Translations under genes and position numbers: made by a program | The notes under the pieces: model-generated | Databases searched by the model: none | Told to the model about the DNA's origin: nothing | Seen by the model: only the letters and a program-made list of their open reading frames with translations | Source of the DNA: Nitrospirae bacterium MYbin3 | Lineage (GTDB): Bacteria > Nitrospirota > Thermodesulfovibrionia > Thermodesulfovibrionales > Dissulfurispiraceae | Direction: 5' to 3' | NCBI GenBank assembly: GCA_002753335.1 | Contig: PEAD01000019.1 | Location: 1 to 58,523 of the forward strand | DNA: 58,523 nucleotides | Shown: positions 1-11,560 of the stretch, in pieces | How positions within the stretch are numbered: the first letter of the stretch is position 1 | Layout of the letters: every line of letters begins with the position of its first letter

Positions 1-59
1 AAATTAAGCGTTAATTATTATTTGCAAATCATCGGAATTTTTGGGGAAAAGGCGGTTCA

Positions 60-1223
60 ATGAAAATCCATGAATATCAGGCAAAGGAATTATTTAGGAA
101 CCACCATATTGCTGTGCCTGAGGGATATGTTGCCGCAAATCCTGATGAGGCCTGTGCAATAGCTGAAAGGCTCGGTAAATTTCCAGTTGTAGTCAAGGCA
201 CAGATTCATGCAGGAGGCCGCGGCAAGGGAGGCGGAGTTAAAATTGCCCGAAGCCTTGATGAAGTGCGGAGCACTGCAGCTAGCATATTAGGCAGGCCGC
301 TTGTGACGCCCCAAACAGGACCTCAAGGCAGAAAAGTTAGCAGGTTACTCGTAGAAGAAGGTCTTAATATTGCTCAAGAGCTTTATTTCTCGATCATCCC
401 GGACAGATCTACAGCAAAAATTATGATTATTGCAAGCCGGGCCGGGGGGATGGATATAGAAGAAGTAGCTGCGGAGCATCCCGAAAAAATAATCAAAACG
501 CTTATTAATCCGCTTACAGGAATAGAGCAAGGTCATTGCAGAGAAATCGTATCCGGCCTCAATCTTGAAGATTCTCTTTCCGAGAAATTTTCTAAACTGG
601 TCGAAAACCTGTACGCGCTTTTTATCGAAGCCGACTGTTCTTTGCTTGAGATTAATCCACTGGTGATTACTGTCCAGGGGGCTTTAATTGCACTGGATGC
701 AAAAATAGACATTGATGACAACGCCCTGTTCAGGCAGAAGGATATTCTGAAATTTAGAGATACCGATGAAGAAGACCCTCTGGAACTGGAGGCCTCGAAA
801 TACAATCTCAATTACATCAACCTGCATGGCAATGTCGGCAATATGGTCAACGGCGCGGGGCTGGCCATGGCCACCATGGATATTATCAAAAGCGCCTGTG
901 CGGAACCTGCCAATTTTCTTGATGTGGGCGGCGGCGCCAATGAAGAGATGGTTGAAAACGGTTTCAGGATCATCTTAAGCGACAGTAATGTCAAAGCGGT
1001 ACTGATCAATATCTTCGGCGGGATTCTAAGATGCGATGTTCTGGCCGAAGGTGTTGTCAAGGCAGCCAAAAAGACAGGGATTAAAGTGCCGGTTGTTATC
1101 CGGCTGCAAGGGACCAATGTTGAAAAAGGCAGAGAAATTCTTGCGGCATCGGGTCTGAATCTTATTACGGCAGCAAACCTGAATGATGCAGCAGAGAAAA
1201 TAGCAGAGATTGTCCGAAATTAA
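60..1223 (+). CDS. sucC: Succinyl-CoA synthetase beta subunit
   Basis: MKIHEYQAKELF start, KAQIHAGGRGKGGGVK ATP-grasp motif, NGAGLAMATMD and ANFLDVGGGA. Confidence 0.97.
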   Translation: MKIHEYQAKELFRNHHIAVPEGYVAANPDEACAIAERLGKFPVVVKAQIHAGGRGKGGGVKIARSLDEVRSTAASILGRPLVTPQTGPQGRKVSRLLVEEGLNIAQELYFSIIPDRSTAKIMIIASRAGGMDIEEVAAEHPEKIIKTLINPLTGIEQGHCREIVSGLNLEDSLSEKFSKLVENLYALFIEADCSLLEINPLVITVQGALIALDAKIDIDDNALFRQKDILKFRDTDEEDPLELEASKYNLNYINLHGNVGNMVNGAGLAMATMDIIKSACAEPANFLDVGGGANEEMVENGFRIILSDSNVKAVLINIFGGILRCDVLAEGVVKAAKKTGIKVPVVIRLQGTNVEKGREILAASGLNLITAANLNDAAEKIAEIVRN

Positions 1224-1245
1224 ATGAGAGTCAGGATAGAATATC

Positions 1246-2115
1246 ATGTCAATATTTGTAAATAAGGAAACAAAACTGCTTGTTCAAGGCATTACCGGTA
1301 GAGAAGGCCAGTTCCATACACGGCAGTGCATTGAATACGGCACACAGGTTGTAGCCGGGGTAACCCCGGGCAAAGGCGGACAGAAGATGGACGATGTGCC
1401 TGTATTTAACTCTGTCCGTGAATCTGTGCGTGAAACCGGCGCGAACTGCAGCATGATTTTTGTACCGCCTGCCTTTGCCGCAAAAGCTATCATGGAAGCG
1501 ATTGACGGAGGTGTTGAACTAATTGTTGCCATAACCGAAGGCATTCCGGTGCTCGACATGATGCGAATCAAAAATTATTTGTATGGAAAACAGGTCAGAC
1601 TTATCGGCCCAAACTGCCCCGGAATAATAACGCCCGGCCAGTGCAAAATCGGTATCATGCCCGGCTTCATCCACAAGCCCGGCGGACCGATCGGCGTTGT
1701 GTCGCGCTCCGGCACCTTGACCTATGAGGTTGTTCATCAATTGACTACAAAGGGAATCGGCCAGACAACCTGCCTCGGCATCGGAGGCGACCCAGTAAAC
1801 GGAACAAACTTTATCGATTGCCTAAAAGCATTTGAAGAAGATCCAGATACAAAGGGGATCGTCCTTGTGGGAGAAATCGGCGGAACTGCAGAGGAAGATG
1901 CAGCTGCCTATATCGCCGAAAAAGTTACTAAACCGGTTGTCGGGTTTATTGCAGGATTAAGCGCTCCCCCCGGCAGGCGTATGGGGCATGCAGGGGCGAT
2001 AGTCAGCGGCAAGAGCGGCACAGCCCAGTCAAAGATAGAGGTAATGAAGAAAGCAGGCATTCATGTATGCGATAATCTCGGCAGGTTCGGCGATTTCTGT
2101 GCCGAAGTTTTTTGA
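1246..2115 (+). CDS. sucD: Succinyl-CoA synthetase alpha subunit
   Basis: [20 protein letters not shown], and the phospho-His motif RRMGHAGA. Confidence 0.97.
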   Translation: MSIFVNKETKLLVQGITGREGQFHTRQCIEYGTQVVAGVTPGKGGQKMDDVPVFNSVRESVRETGANCSMIFVPPAFAAKAIMEAIDGGVELIVAITEGIPVLDMMRIKNYLYGKQVRLIGPNCPGIITPGQCKIGIMPGFIHKPGGPIGVVSRSGTLTYEVVHQLTTKGIGQTTCLGIGGDPVNGTNFIDCLKAFEEDPDTKGIVLVGEIGGTAEEDAAAYIAEKVTKPVVGFIAGLSAPPGRRMGHAGAIVSGKSGTAQSKIEVMKKAGIHVCDNLGRFGDFCAEVF

Positions 2116-2149
2116 TTTTTAAAAAGTGATTTTCTACACGGGGTATTAA

Positions 2150-2572
2150 ATGGCTGAACAAAAAAAAACATATCGAGTTTTGATCGGAAAGCCTGGCCTT
2201 GACGGCCATGACAGAGGCGCCAAGTTCATTGCACGCGCGCTTCGTGATGCCGGTTTTGAGGTGGTCTATACCGGCATTCGAAGAACTCCGGAAGAAATTG
2301 CTGCTGCTGCTGTTCAGGAAGATGTTTCTGCAGTGGGCCTGTCATTGCTCTCAGGCGCTCATATGAGCCTTTTTCCAGCAGTGGTCAAGGCTCTTAAAAA
2401 TTCCGGTGCTGGAGATATTCCGGTACTTGGCGGCGGAGTTATTCCTGACGAAGATATTGCACTGCTAAAAGAGGCCGGGATTAATGCTGTGTATACTCCG
2501 GGAACCCCTGTGGATAAAATCATTGGTGCTTTTCGCGCTGCCTGTGAAACTCAGAAATCCGGCAGAAACTGA
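2150..2572 (+). CDS. Methylmalonyl-CoA mutase, cobalamin-binding (small) subunit
   Basis: B12-binding motif KPGLDGHDRG...SLLSGAH...GGG; lies next to meaB and the mutase large subunit. Confidence 0.93.
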   Translation: MAEQKKTYRVLIGKPGLDGHDRGAKFIARALRDAGFEVVYTGIRRTPEEIAAAAVQEDVSAVGLSLLSGAHMSLFPAVVKALKNSGAGDIPVLGGGVIPDEDIALLKEAGINAVYTPGTPVDKIIGAFRAACETQKSGRN

Positions 2573-2599
2573 TTTAAATATGCCCGAGCAATTCCAATT

Positions 2600-3523
2600 A
2601 TGATAAGCGAGCAGCTACTTAGGGGATTGAGAGAGCATGACCCAAGAGGAATCGCACGGGCTATTTCCCTTGTTGAAGAAAACGATCCTCTGGCAGATGA
2701 AATACTCTCATCCATTGATGATTCGCTTGTTGATCAGGCAATGGTCTTGGGGATAACCGGTCCTCCGGGCGCCGGAAAATCAACATTGACCGACAGGATT
2801 ATTTCAAAGTACCGCTCGCAGGGGAGTCGGGTGGGAGTTATTGCGGTAGACCCGTCTTCGCCGATTTCGGGCGGCGCTATTCTCGGTGACCGTATAAGGA
2901 TGATGGGACATGCGCTGGATAAGGATGTGGTTGTCCGTTCGATGGCTACAAGGGGGAGACTGGGTGGTTTGTGCGCAGCTGCAGGCGCTGCAGTAAGGAT
3001 ACTTGCCGGAAGCGGCTGCTCCGTAATCATTATAGAAACAGTAGGTGTTGGCCAATCCGAAATGGATATCATCAGACTTGCTGACATCACAGCACTGGTG
3101 CTTGCTCCCGGACTTGGCGACGACATTCAGGCGATGAAGGCAGGACTTCTGGAGGTGGCCGACATCCTTATAGTAAATAAAGCTGACTGTGCAGGGGCAG
3201 AGACCCTTGCTATGGATATGGAGTGTATCGCCCGTGAGGGTGGCAACAAAAAAAATACGACACAGGTCTGCATGACTACGGCCTCTGAAGGCAAGGGAAT
3301 AGACGAACTGCTTGCAGCAATAGAAACTGTTGACGCCTCACACCGTGAAAGCGGTGAACGCAGGACACGCAGGGAAAAAGCTTATGATCTTGAAGTATTG
3401 GACTGGGCCATCGAGATGATAAAACCTTCGATAATCGAGAAGATAGAGAATTTGGGCCATGCCCGAAAAGGGGCCCCTCGCCTGCTAGCTTCAAAACTTC
3501 TGGGGCAGAATAATTTAGGATAA
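2600..3523 (+). CDS. meaB: Methylmalonyl-CoA mutase-associated GTPase
   Basis: [10 protein letters not shown]-loop, AVDPSSP..GG..LGDR.RM, ETVGVGQ, NKAD. Confidence 0.95.
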   Translation: MISEQLLRGLREHDPRGIARAISLVEENDPLADEILSSIDDSLVDQAMVLGITGPPGAGKSTLTDRIISKYRSQGSRVGVIAVDPSSPISGGAILGDRIRMMGHALDKDVVVRSMATRGRLGGLCAAAGAAVRILAGSGCSVIIIETVGVGQSEMDIIRLADITALVLAPGLGDDIQAMKAGLLEVADILIVNKADCAGAETLAMDMECIAREGGNKKNTTQVCMTTASEGKGIDELLAAIETVDASHRESGERRTRREKAYDLEVLDWAIEMIKPSIIEKIENLGHARKGAPRLLASKLLGQNNLG

Positions 3524-3528
3524 TTATA

Positions 3529-5169
3529 ATGGAAAAACATCCTGCACATATAGATTGGGAAAAAGAATTGGCCAAAAACCTCAACCGTTTTCCTGAGAGG
3601 AAAGAGAAGTTCACTAATCACGGTGGTGAGGAAGTTCCGCGGCTCGCCTTGCCTGACAAAATAGATGATGCCTACGTTGAGAATATCGGCTTCCCCGGAC
3701 AATACCCCTATACGCGGGGAGTGCAGCCCACAATGTACCGTGGGCGGTTCTGGACCATGCGCCAGTATGCCGGATTTTCAACCGCAGCAGAATCCAACAA
3801 GCGCTACCGGTATCTGCTGGAGCAGGGAACAACCGGGCTGTCCATTGCATTTGACCTGCCGACACAGATTGGCTACGACTCTGACCACCAGATGGCTGCC
3901 GGCGAAGTGGGGAAAGTTGGTGTGGCGATTGATTCGCTGGCCGACATGGAAATACTTTTTGACCAAATTCCTCTGGATAAGGTATCAACCTCGATGACCA
4001 TAAATGCACCTGCTGCTATACTCCTTGCCATGTATGTGGCCGTAGGTGAACAACAGGGGATCGAAAGCAGCAAGCTCAAAGGAACTATCCAAAACGATAT
4101 CCTAAAAGAATATGTGGCCCGAGGCACATATATCTTTCCGCCCAAGCCGAGTCTACGGCTTATTACCGATATCTTCAAATGGTGCACAGAACATACCCCT
4201 GATTTTAATACAATCTCTATCTCTGGTTATCACATACGTGAGGCCGGATCCACCGCTGTACAGGAAGTGGCGTTCACTCTGGCCAACGGCATAACCTATG
4301 TGCAGGCCGCGCTCGATGCAGGGCTTGAGCTTGATAATTTTGCCCCGAGGCTTTCGTTCTTCTTCAACGCCTCCTCCGATATACTTGAAGAGGTTTCGAA
4401 ATTCAGGGCAGCCAGAAGACTCTGGGCCAGGATAATGAAAGAGCGTTTCAACGCCCAGAAACCCTCAAGCCGTATGCTGCGCTTCCATACACAGACGGCA
4501 GGCTACACGCTTACCGCCCAGCAGATAGACAATAATATTGTAAGAGTCGCGCTTCAGGCTTTGTCTGCAGTGCTTGGCGGCACTCAATCGCTGCATACCA
4601 ATTCTAGAGATGAGGCGCTGGCCCTACCCACCGAGGATTCGGTGCGTACAGCCCTTCGCACACAGCAGGTGATAGCACATGAATCAGGAGTGGCCAGTTC
4701 GGTTGATCCTCTCGCAGGATCTTATTTTATAGAACAGCTTACCGACCGCATCGAGGCTCAGGCCTCTGAACTCATTGCAAAAATCGACAAGGCAGGCGGT
4801 GTGGTTCCTGCAATTGAAGATGGTTTTATACAACGCCAGATAGAAAACAGCGCCTATGAGTACCAGCAGGAGATAGAGAAAGGCGAGCGCATAATCGTCG
4901 GGGTCAATGAGTTTAAGATTGAAGAAAAAACAAAGCCCTCTCTGCTGCGTGTTGATCCTGAAGTCGAAAAGGCTCAGGTTCAGAGCCTAAAAGAACTGCG
5001 TCAGAGGCGTGACAATAGAAAAGTCGAGGAAGCTCTTGCGAATTTGTCAGAATGCGCCCTAAGCTCATCCAACCTGATGCCTGAGATTCTGGCTGCGGTA
5101 AAGACCTATGCTACGCTGGGTGAGATATGCCAAGTCCTGCGTAAGGTATTCGGAGAATACAGAGGATGA
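3529..5169 (+). CDS. Methylmalonyl-CoA mutase, substrate-binding (large) subunit
   Basis: WTMRQYAGF (Tyr) and [11 protein letters not shown] (Arg), which are MCM-type rather than isobutyryl-CoA-mutase-type residues; also SISGYH and HTNS.DEA. Confidence 0.92.
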   Translation: MEKHPAHIDWEKELAKNLNRFPERKEKFTNHGGEEVPRLALPDKIDDAYVENIGFPGQYPYTRGVQPTMYRGRFWTMRQYAGFSTAAESNKRYRYLLEQGTTGLSIAFDLPTQIGYDSDHQMAAGEVGKVGVAIDSLADMEILFDQIPLDKVSTSMTINAPAAILLAMYVAVGEQQGIESSKLKGTIQNDILKEYVARGTYIFPPKPSLRLITDIFKWCTEHTPDFNTISISGYHIREAGSTAVQEVAFTLANGITYVQAALDAGLELDNFAPRLSFFFNASSDILEEVSKFRAARRLWARIMKERFNAQKPSSRMLRFHTQTAGYTLTAQQIDNNIVRVALQALSAVLGGTQSLHTNSRDEALALPTEDSVRTALRTQQVIAHESGVASSVDPLAGSYFIEQLTDRIEAQASELIAKIDKAGGVVPAIEDGFIQRQIENSAYEYQQEIEKGERIIVGVNEFKIEEKTKPSLLRVDPEVEKAQVQSLKELRQRRDNRKVEEALANLSECALSSSNLMPEILAAVKTYATLGEICQVLRKVFGEYRG

Positions 5170-5178
5170 AATGATACT

Positions 5179-5595
5179 ATGATAGAAAAAATTGACCATA
5201 TAGGCATTGCTGTAAAGTCTATCGAGACGGCCCGCAAATTCTATGAAGAGACTCTCGGACTTGTTTGTGAAAAAGAAGAGGTTGTGGTCTCGCAAAAGGT
5301 TCGCACAGCTTTCTTTACGGTTGGAGATATCCATATCGAGCTGCTGGAACCCACATCGGACGACAGTCCGATTGCCGGATTTATCGAGAAAAAAGGTGAG
5401 GGTTTCCATCACATCGCGTACCTTACCGACAACATAGAAAAACAGATCGAAACAGCGCGTGAGCATGGATGCAAGCTGATCAATGAGAAGCCCTTCGAGG
5501 GCGCAGGCGGCAAACAGGTGGCGTTTCTGCACCCGAAGAGCACAAACAGTGTGCTCACCGAGTTTTGCAAACAGAACATTTCTGAGGGGGTGTGA
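5179..5595 (+). CDS. mce: Methylmalonyl-CoA epimerase
   Basis: [27 protein letters not shown]...LTEF; VOC fold; pathway context. Confidence 0.93.
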   Translation: MIEKIDHIGIAVKSIETARKFYEETLGLVCEKEEVVVSQKVRTAFFTVGDIHIELLEPTSDDSPIAGFIEKKGEGFHHIAYLTDNIEKQIETAREHGCKLINEKPFEGAGGKQVAFLHPKSTNSVLTEFCKQNISEGV

Positions 5596-7151
5596 TCGTG
5601 CAGCGTCCGGAACATGACAATCTGACAAAACTTGAATCGATGAAAGAGGAGGCCTTCCTCGGAGGGGGAGTCAAGAGAATAGACGCCCAACACCGCAAGG
5701 GAAAACTCACCGCAAGGGAGCGCATAGACCTGCTGCTCGATGACGGTTCATTTGAGGAGTTTGATCTGCTGATGACCGGCAGGGCCAGCCAGAATACAGG
5801 AATAGGCGAGTTTCCGGGAGACGGTGTTATTACCGGCCACGGCACCATTGACGGACGAGAAGTCTTCATATTCAGTCAGGACTTCACCATCATGGGCGGG
5901 GCGCTCGGAGAAGCCCATGCACAGAAGGTCTGCAAGATAATGGACCATGCAGTGCGGGTCGGCGCGCCGATTATCGGCCTGAACGACTCCGGAGGGGCGC
6001 GCATTCAGGAAGGAGTAGAATCTCTCGCAGCGTATGGCGAGATATTCTACCGCAATGTGCAGGCCAGCGGAGTGGTGCCGCAGATATCATGCATAATGGG
6101 GCCCTGCGCCGGCGGAGCGGTCTACAGCCCCGCAATGACCGATTTCACCTTTATGGTCGAAAACACCTCGTATATGTTTGTGACCGGCCCTAATGTGGTC
6201 AAGACCGTCACCCATCAAGACATTACAGCAGAAGAACTGGGCGGAGCGATGGTGCACAGCAAAAAAAGCGGCGTAGCCCATTTCGCCTTTCCAAATGATA
6301 TTCTCTGCCTGCGAGAGGTGAGGCGTCTGATTAATTATCTGCCCTCAAACAATCGTCAGCAGGCGCCAATTCTTGATTTAAGAGATCCGGCTGAACGCAC
6401 GGACCCTGCCCTCGATTATCTTGTTCCTGCTAACCCTAACCAGACATACGACATGAAGATTCTGATAACAAGCATTCTGGACGGGGCCGAATTTCTCGAG
6501 ATTCATCCCCATTTTGCAAGAAATATAATTGTGGGCTTCGGCCGACTCGGCGGACAGACCATCGGTTTAATTGCAAATCAGCCTGCGGTGCTTGCCGGTG
6601 TCCTTGACGTCCAGGCCTCCGAGAAAGCCGCCCGGTTTGTCCGTTTCTGCGATGCCTTCAATATCCCGCTCGTCTGCTTGGAAGATGTACCCGGATTCAT
6701 GCCCGGCCCGGAGCAGGAGCATGGCGGCATCATACGCCACGGCGCAAAACTGCTGTATGCATTTTCAGAAGCTACGGTGCCGCGCATAACGGTCATTATC
6801 CGGAAGGCATACGGCGGAGCCTATGTGGTTATGAATTCAAAACATATAGGCAGCGATATGAATTTGGCATGGCCCGCAGCAGAAATAGCTGTGCTCGGCC
6901 CAAAAGCCGCGGCACAGATTATTTACCGCAAAGAGATTGAGGATGCCGAAAACTCTGAGGATATGTTAGCCCGAAAGACGGAAGAATATCGCCAGACATA
7001 CGCCAATCCGTTCATGGCAGCAAAAAGAGGGTTCATAGACGATGTCATCAGCCCTCGTGATACAAGGCACCGTCTGATTCGAAGCCTCCAGTTTTTAGAA
7101 AGCAAGCGGAAAATCCGGCCGGAGAGAAAACACGGGAATATCCCACTGTGA
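5592..7151 (+). CDS. pccB: Propionyl-CoA carboxylase carboxyltransferase (beta) subunit
   Basis: [39 protein letters not shown]-terminal KHGNIPL. Confidence 0.92.
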   Translation: MIVQRPEHDNLTKLESMKEEAFLGGGVKRIDAQHRKGKLTARERIDLLLDDGSFEEFDLLMTGRASQNTGIGEFPGDGVITGHGTIDGREVFIFSQDFTIMGGALGEAHAQKVCKIMDHAVRVGAPIIGLNDSGGARIQEGVESLAAYGEIFYRNVQASGVVPQISCIMGPCAGGAVYSPAMTDFTFMVENTSYMFVTGPNVVKTVTHQDITAEELGGAMVHSKKSGVAHFAFPNDILCLREVRRLINYLPSNNRQQAPILDLRDPAERTDPALDYLVPANPNQTYDMKILITSILDGAEFLEIHPHFARNIIVGFGRLGGQTIGLIANQPAVLAGVLDVQASEKAARFVRFCDAFNIPLVCLEDVPGFMPGPEQEHGGIIRHGAKLLYAFSEATVPRITVIIRKAYGGAYVVMNSKHIGSDMNLAWPAAEIAVLGPKAAAQIIYRKEIEDAENSEDMLARKTEEYRQTYANPFMAAKRGFIDDVISPRDTRHRLIRSLQFLESKRKIRPERKHGNIPL

Positions 7152-7160
7152 GGAGTCACT

Positions 7161-9170
7161 ATGTTTAAAAAGATTCTTATAGCCAACCGGGGTGAAATCG
7201 CGATCCGCATAATGCGGACCTGCAGGAGTTTGAATGTTAAAACAGTTGCGGTTTATTCGGATATTGACGCTCGCTCACTCCATGTCAGGGAGGCTGACGA
7301 GGCCATTCATATAGGGCCGTCGCCCTCAACCTCCTCCTATCTTGTACACGAAAAAATAATAAACGCCGCGGTTGAACAAGGCTGTCAGGCCGTTCATCCG
7401 GGGTATGGCTTCCTTTCCGAAAACTCCGCCTTTGCTGCCGCCGTAGTCAAGGCGGGGCTGACCTTCATCGGTCCTTCATCTGAAGTAATAGCTGCGTTGG
7501 GAGATAAAATTTCGGCTAAAAATATAGCTATGAAGGCCGGGGTTCCGGTGGTGCTCGGCCACAACCTGCCTATTGTCGACATAGAAGAAATCAGGGCCCT
7601 TGCCGTAGAAATAGGTTATCCTGTTCTGCTCAAACCTGCTGCCGGAGGCGGCGGCCGCGGCATGCGCCTCGCTGCCACACCTGATGAGCTTGAATCAGCG
7701 CTTCAGTCGGCGCAAGAGGAGACCCGCAAGGCATTCGGCGACAACAGGATATTTATGGAACGTTTTATCAGCAACCCCCGCCACATCGAGATACAGATCA
7801 TTGCGGACAAGCATGGAAACGTAGTCTCGCTCGGAGAACGGGAATGCTCGATCCAGCGGCGCTACCAGAAGGTGATAGAAGAAGCTCCCTCGATGGCGGT
7901 TGATACCGAACTCAGAGCCCGCATGGGAGAAATGGCCTGCGCGCTTGCCAAACAAGCAGGATACTCAAATGCAGGAACAGTCGAATTCATTATGGACGGC
8001 AATAGAAACTTCTTCTTTATGGAGATGAATACAAGGCTTCAGGTGGAGCATCCGATCACAGAGATGGTCACATCGCTCGATCTTGTCGAACTGCAGCTCC
8101 GGGTTGCGGCAGGAGAGCCTCTGCCGATCTCTCAGAAGGACATCTCTATAAAAGGCTGGTCAATAGAGGCAAGAATCTGCGCCGAGGATTCTTCACGCAA
8201 TTTTCTGCCCTCCACTGGGCTTCTCACAAGATACTCCAATATCAGAGGCAGAAATATCAGGCTCGACAGCGGTGTTGAAGCCGGCAGTTTCATAAGCGTC
8301 TATTACGACTCGCTGCTCTCCAAGGTGATCAGCTGGGGAGAGACCAGAGAAGAGGCGCGAACCGGCCTGATCAATGCACTGAACCGCTATCATATCGAGG
8401 GTGTGACTACCAATTTAGATTTTGCCAACTCAATCCTCAACCACCCTGCCTTTATCAAAGGCGAGCTTTCAACCGGATTCATTGACGAATTTTTTGACAA
8501 TGGCGATGCAAAAATTGACCCTCCAATAGAACAGCTTATAGACATGGTAATAGCCACAACCGTCGTGTACCATTTCTGGAAGAATCTGGTCCGTGAATCG
8601 TTGAAGCCGATGACAGCTAAGGTCGGGCTGTCTCACAAGCCAGCACAGCGGCACTGTTATGTTGTCAAAGGCAATAAGGACATATTCGAAGTTGAACTTC
8701 AGGGACAGGTTTCATCCAGAGACTGGAGCGTCAAGGTAAACGGCAATGAATTTGCTGTCGTTGCACCGGTTTTTGAGTTCTACCGAAGAAGGCTGAAACT
8801 CTCTATAAATGGTGTGAACAAATATTTCAGGCTTCAGTACCGGCAGAATTTCATATGGAATGCACATTGCGGCATCTCCCGTATTTTTGAACTTTATACT
8901 CCGCGGGAATGGGAATTAGCTCAATACATGCCCAAAGAGAAAAAAGGTGCACACGAAAATGTGCTACTCTCGCCCCTTCCCGGCATGGTAGTCAGTATCT
9001 TGGTCAAGCAAGGCGACCGCGTCTACCGCGGGCAGGACTTGGTGGTCATCGAATCGATGAAGATGGAATGCGGCGTTTCATCTCCTTGCGACGGGATCGT
9101 AGAAAAAGTAACTGTAGCCGCCGGCAAAGCGGTAGAAACGGATGAGGTTCTAATAACTTTTACAACCTGA
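7161..9170 (+). CDS. pccA: Propionyl-CoA carboxylase alpha subunit (biotin carboxylase plus biotin carrier domain)
   Basis: KILIANRGEIA, HPGYGFLSEN, RECSIQRR.QK, EMNTRLQVEH, and a C-terminal ESMKM biotinylation motif. Confidence 0.9.
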   Translation: MFKKILIANRGEIAIRIMRTCRSLNVKTVAVYSDIDARSLHVREADEAIHIGPSPSTSSYLVHEKIINAAVEQGCQAVHPGYGFLSENSAFAAAVVKAGLTFIGPSSEVIAALGDKISAKNIAMKAGVPVVLGHNLPIVDIEEIRALAVEIGYPVLLKPAAGGGGRGMRLAATPDELESALQSAQEETRKAFGDNRIFMERFISNPRHIEIQIIADKHGNVVSLGERECSIQRRYQKVIEEAPSMAVDTELRARMGEMACALAKQAGYSNAGTVEFIMDGNRNFFFMEMNTRLQVEHPITEMVTSLDLVELQLRVAAGEPLPISQKDISIKGWSIEARICAEDSSRNFLPSTGLLTRYSNIRGRNIRLDSGVEAGSFISVYYDSLLSKVISWGETREEARTGLINALNRYHIEGVTTNLDFANSILNHPAFIKGELSTGFIDEFFDNGDAKIDPPIEQLIDMVIATTVVYHFWKNLVRESLKPMTAKVGLSHKPAQRHCYVVKGNKDIFEVELQGQVSSRDWSVKVNGNEFAVVAPVFEFYRRRLKLSINGVNKYFRLQYRQNFIWNAHCGISRIFELYTPREWELAQYMPKEKKGAHENVLLSPLPGMVVSILVKQGDRVYRGQDLVVIESMKMECGVSSPCDGIVEKVTVAAGKAVETDEVLITFTT

Positions 9171-9183
9171 TAGATTTATTGAC

Positions 9184-10377
9184 TCAGGCCTTTGATTCCT
9201 TTAATTTCTTAATCATCATAGGAACGACCTCGTACAGGTCCCCGACTATGCCGTAAGTGGCTACACTGAAGATCGGAGCTTCAGGATTTTTATTTATGGC
9301 TATGATTATGTCGGAAGAAGACATGCCAACAATATGCTGTACAGCGCCAGAGATGCCACATGCAATATAAATCTTGGGGCAGACTGTCTTGCCGGTCTGT
9401 CCGACCTGATGGCTGTAAGCTATCCAGCCTTCGTCAACAGCAGCCCTTGATGAACCTAAGGTGCCTCCCAAAAGTCCTGCAAGCTCCTCAAGCATCTTAA
9501 ATCCTTTTGCATCTCCTAATCCTCTGCCTCCAGAAACTATTATCTCGGCATCCTGAAGATTGATCTTGCATGAAGACTCCTCTGTCACTGTTTCGATAAC
9601 CTTGGTCCTGCAGACCGGATTGCCGGACTCGACATTCACTATTTCTCCGGTCCTGTCTTGAATGTATTCGCCCCTTTTCATAACACGAGGTCTTACAGTA
9701 GCGATCTGCGGCCTGTTGTTGGGACAGAGTATAGTGGCCATTATATTGCCGCCAAAAGCAGGTCTGACTTGAAGAAGATTGCCAGTTTCAGAGTCTATCT
9801 CTAAAGATGTGCAATCTGCTGTCAGTCCAGTCCTAAGTTTTGCTGCAACTCTCGGAATGAATGAACGGCCTATAGGCGTAGCTCCGGCAAGCACTATCTC
9901 GGGTTTATGTTCAGTTATAAGCCTCGAAAGAAGTTCAGAGCAGGGCTCATCGTTAAAATCTTTGAAAATAGTGTCTCCGCAGAAATAGATCTTGTCAGCG
10001 CCCCATTTTATAAGCTCTTTCGCTTCAGCTTCGGACGATCCGAAAAGCACCGCAGAAAGGGTTGTCTTTCTTGCATCCGCAAGCTTTCTGCCAACTCCGA
10101 GCAGTTCAAAAGCAACAGACGCTATAAATCCGTGCCTCTGCTCCGCAAAAACCCAAACGCCTTTATAATCAGAAATGTCGGCAGGTTTAACCTTATCCCC
10201 TTCTTCAGCAATTTCAATAATAGCCCCTTCAGGACAGACATTAATGCAGGCCCTGCAGAACTGGCAGTACTCATTTATAAATGCCTTGTCCTCTTTCATA
10301 ACGATCGCTGTGTAAGGACAGGAATCGAGACATAACTGACAGCCTACACATTTTTCTGATCTGACCTCTATACGCAT
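9184..10377 (-). CDS. etfA: Electron transfer flavoprotein alpha subunit with N-terminal 2x[4Fe-4S] ferredoxin domain
   Basis: CVGCQLCLDSCP and CQFCRACINVCP; TGLTADCT, SGGRG, QVGQTGKTV, GISGAVQH. Confidence 0.93.
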   Translation of the reverse strand: MRIEVRSEKCVGCQLCLDSCPYTAIVMKEDKAFINEYCQFCRACINVCPEGAIIEIAEEGDKVKPADISDYKGVWVFAEQRHGFIASVAFELLGVGRKLADARKTTLSAVLFGSSEAEAKELIKWGADKIYFCGDTIFKDFNDEPCSELLSRLITEHKPEIVLAGATPIGRSFIPRVAAKLRTGLTADCTSLEIDSETGNLLQVRPAFGGNIMATILCPNNRPQIATVRPRVMKRGEYIQDRTGEIVNVESGNPVCRTKVIETVTEESSCKINLQDAEIIVSGGRGLGDAKGFKMLEELAGLLGGTLGSSRAAVDEGWIAYSHQVGQTGKTVCPKIYIACGISGAVQHIVGMSSSDIIIAINKNPEAPIFSVATYGIVGDLYEVVPMMIKKLKESKA

Positions 10378-11150
10378 TTCATCACCCCCAACTCCTTAAC
10401 CAAAGCGTCCACCTGCTCTTCGAGCGAACCTGACAGCACCTTCCTGTCAACTTTGGACTCCGGAGCAAAAATATTTCTGACCTGAGTGGGCGACCCCTTA
10501 AGCCCGACATTCTCAACCTCAGCGCCTATCGCGTTTATATCCATCTTGGTTATCACAGCTTTTTTCGCAGCCATCTTGCCTTTTAGCGAAGGCAGGCGCG
10601 GAACATTTATCTCCTTTACAACGGTAAGCAGAACAGGCAGCGAAGACTCAACAACATCATAGCCGTCGTCCATCAAACGCTGAACCCTGATTGATTTATC
10701 AGACACATCCTCCACCTTTCTCACATACGCTATGTGAGGAATGTTGAGGAACTCGGCCACCTCAGGCCCGACCTGTGCAGTGTCGCCATCAATAGCCTGT
10801 TTCCCGCAGAGAATTATGTCAAAACCTATTTTCTCGATTGCCTTGTAAAGCGCGTGAGATGTAGCCCATGTGTCGGCCCCTGCAAAGGCCCTGTCAGAAA
10901 CAAGTCTCACATCATCAACTCCCATCGCTATTGTCTCTCTAAGGGCATCTTCGGCTTGAGGAGGCCCCATTGTAATAACCGTAACCTTGGCCCCGTTTTT
11001 ATCCTTTATCTGCAATGCCGCCTCAACAGCATGCGTATCATAAGGATTTATGATGCTAGGAACCCCTTCTCTTATAAGTGTATTCGTCTCAGGATTTATC
11101 CTGACCTCGGCAGTGTCAGGAACCTGTTTTATGCAAACCACAATATTCAC
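10368..11150 (-). CDS. etfB: Electron transfer flavoprotein beta subunit (FixA-like)
   Basis: VCIKQVPD, DRAFAGADTWATS, GKQAIDGDTAQVGPE; GTG start preceded by AAGGAGG. Confidence 0.94.
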   Translation of the reverse strand: MNIVVCIKQVPDTAEVRINPETNTLIREGVPSIINPYDTHAVEAALQIKDKNGAKVTVITMGPPQAEDALRETIAMGVDDVRLVSDRAFAGADTWATSHALYKAIEKIGFDIILCGKQAIDGDTAQVGPEVAEFLNIPHIAYVRKVEDVSDKSIRVQRLMDDGYDVVESSLPVLLTVVKEINVPRLPSLKGKMAAKKAVITKMDINAIGAEVENVGLKGSPTQVRNIFAPESKVDRKVLSGSLEEQVDALVKELGVMKCV

Positions 11151-11194
11151 CTAAAACCTCCTTGCTGAAAAAATTAGAATAAAAATTATAATCT

Positions 11195-11560
11195 TTATTT
11201 GTCTTTTCTTTCAAGAACAACCGATGCTATCGCATGGCCTTTTTCGTGGGAAATACTCAGATGGATATTCATGCCAGAATCAATAGACTGAAGAATATTT
11301 ACATAAGGCTTTCCTGATGACTCATTCAATATTTCGATATTTTTAAGACTGCCTATATCCGAAAGCCCGCCGAACGCTTTTATTACAGATTCCTTAGCTG
11401 CAAAGCGTGCGGCAAAGCAGGGATAAGGATTTTTATTTTTACTACAATAGGCGATTTCTGCTGATGTAAAAACCCGATTGAGAAAAGTTTCTCCCCATTT
11501 CTCAACAGAGCTTTTTATCCTGCTTATCTCGACTATGTCTGTGCCGATACCGAATATCAT
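11195..11560 (-). CDS. acpS: Holo-[acyl-carrier-protein] synthase
   Basis: GIGTDIVEISRI, ARFAAKES..KA, SISHE. Confidence 0.95.
   Translation of the reverse strand: MIFGIGTDIVEISRIKSSVEKWGETFLNRVFTSAEIAYCSKNKNPYPCFAARFAAKESVIKAFGGLSDIGSLKNIEILNESSGKPYVNILQSIDSGMNIHLSISHEKGHAIASVVLERKDK

Noticed and set aside
3529..5169. Isobutyryl-CoA or 2-hydroxyisobutyryl-CoA mutase assignment
   Set aside because: Tyr in RQYAGF, Arg in EYVARG, and the adjacent epimerase and carboxylase favour methylmalonyl-CoA mutase
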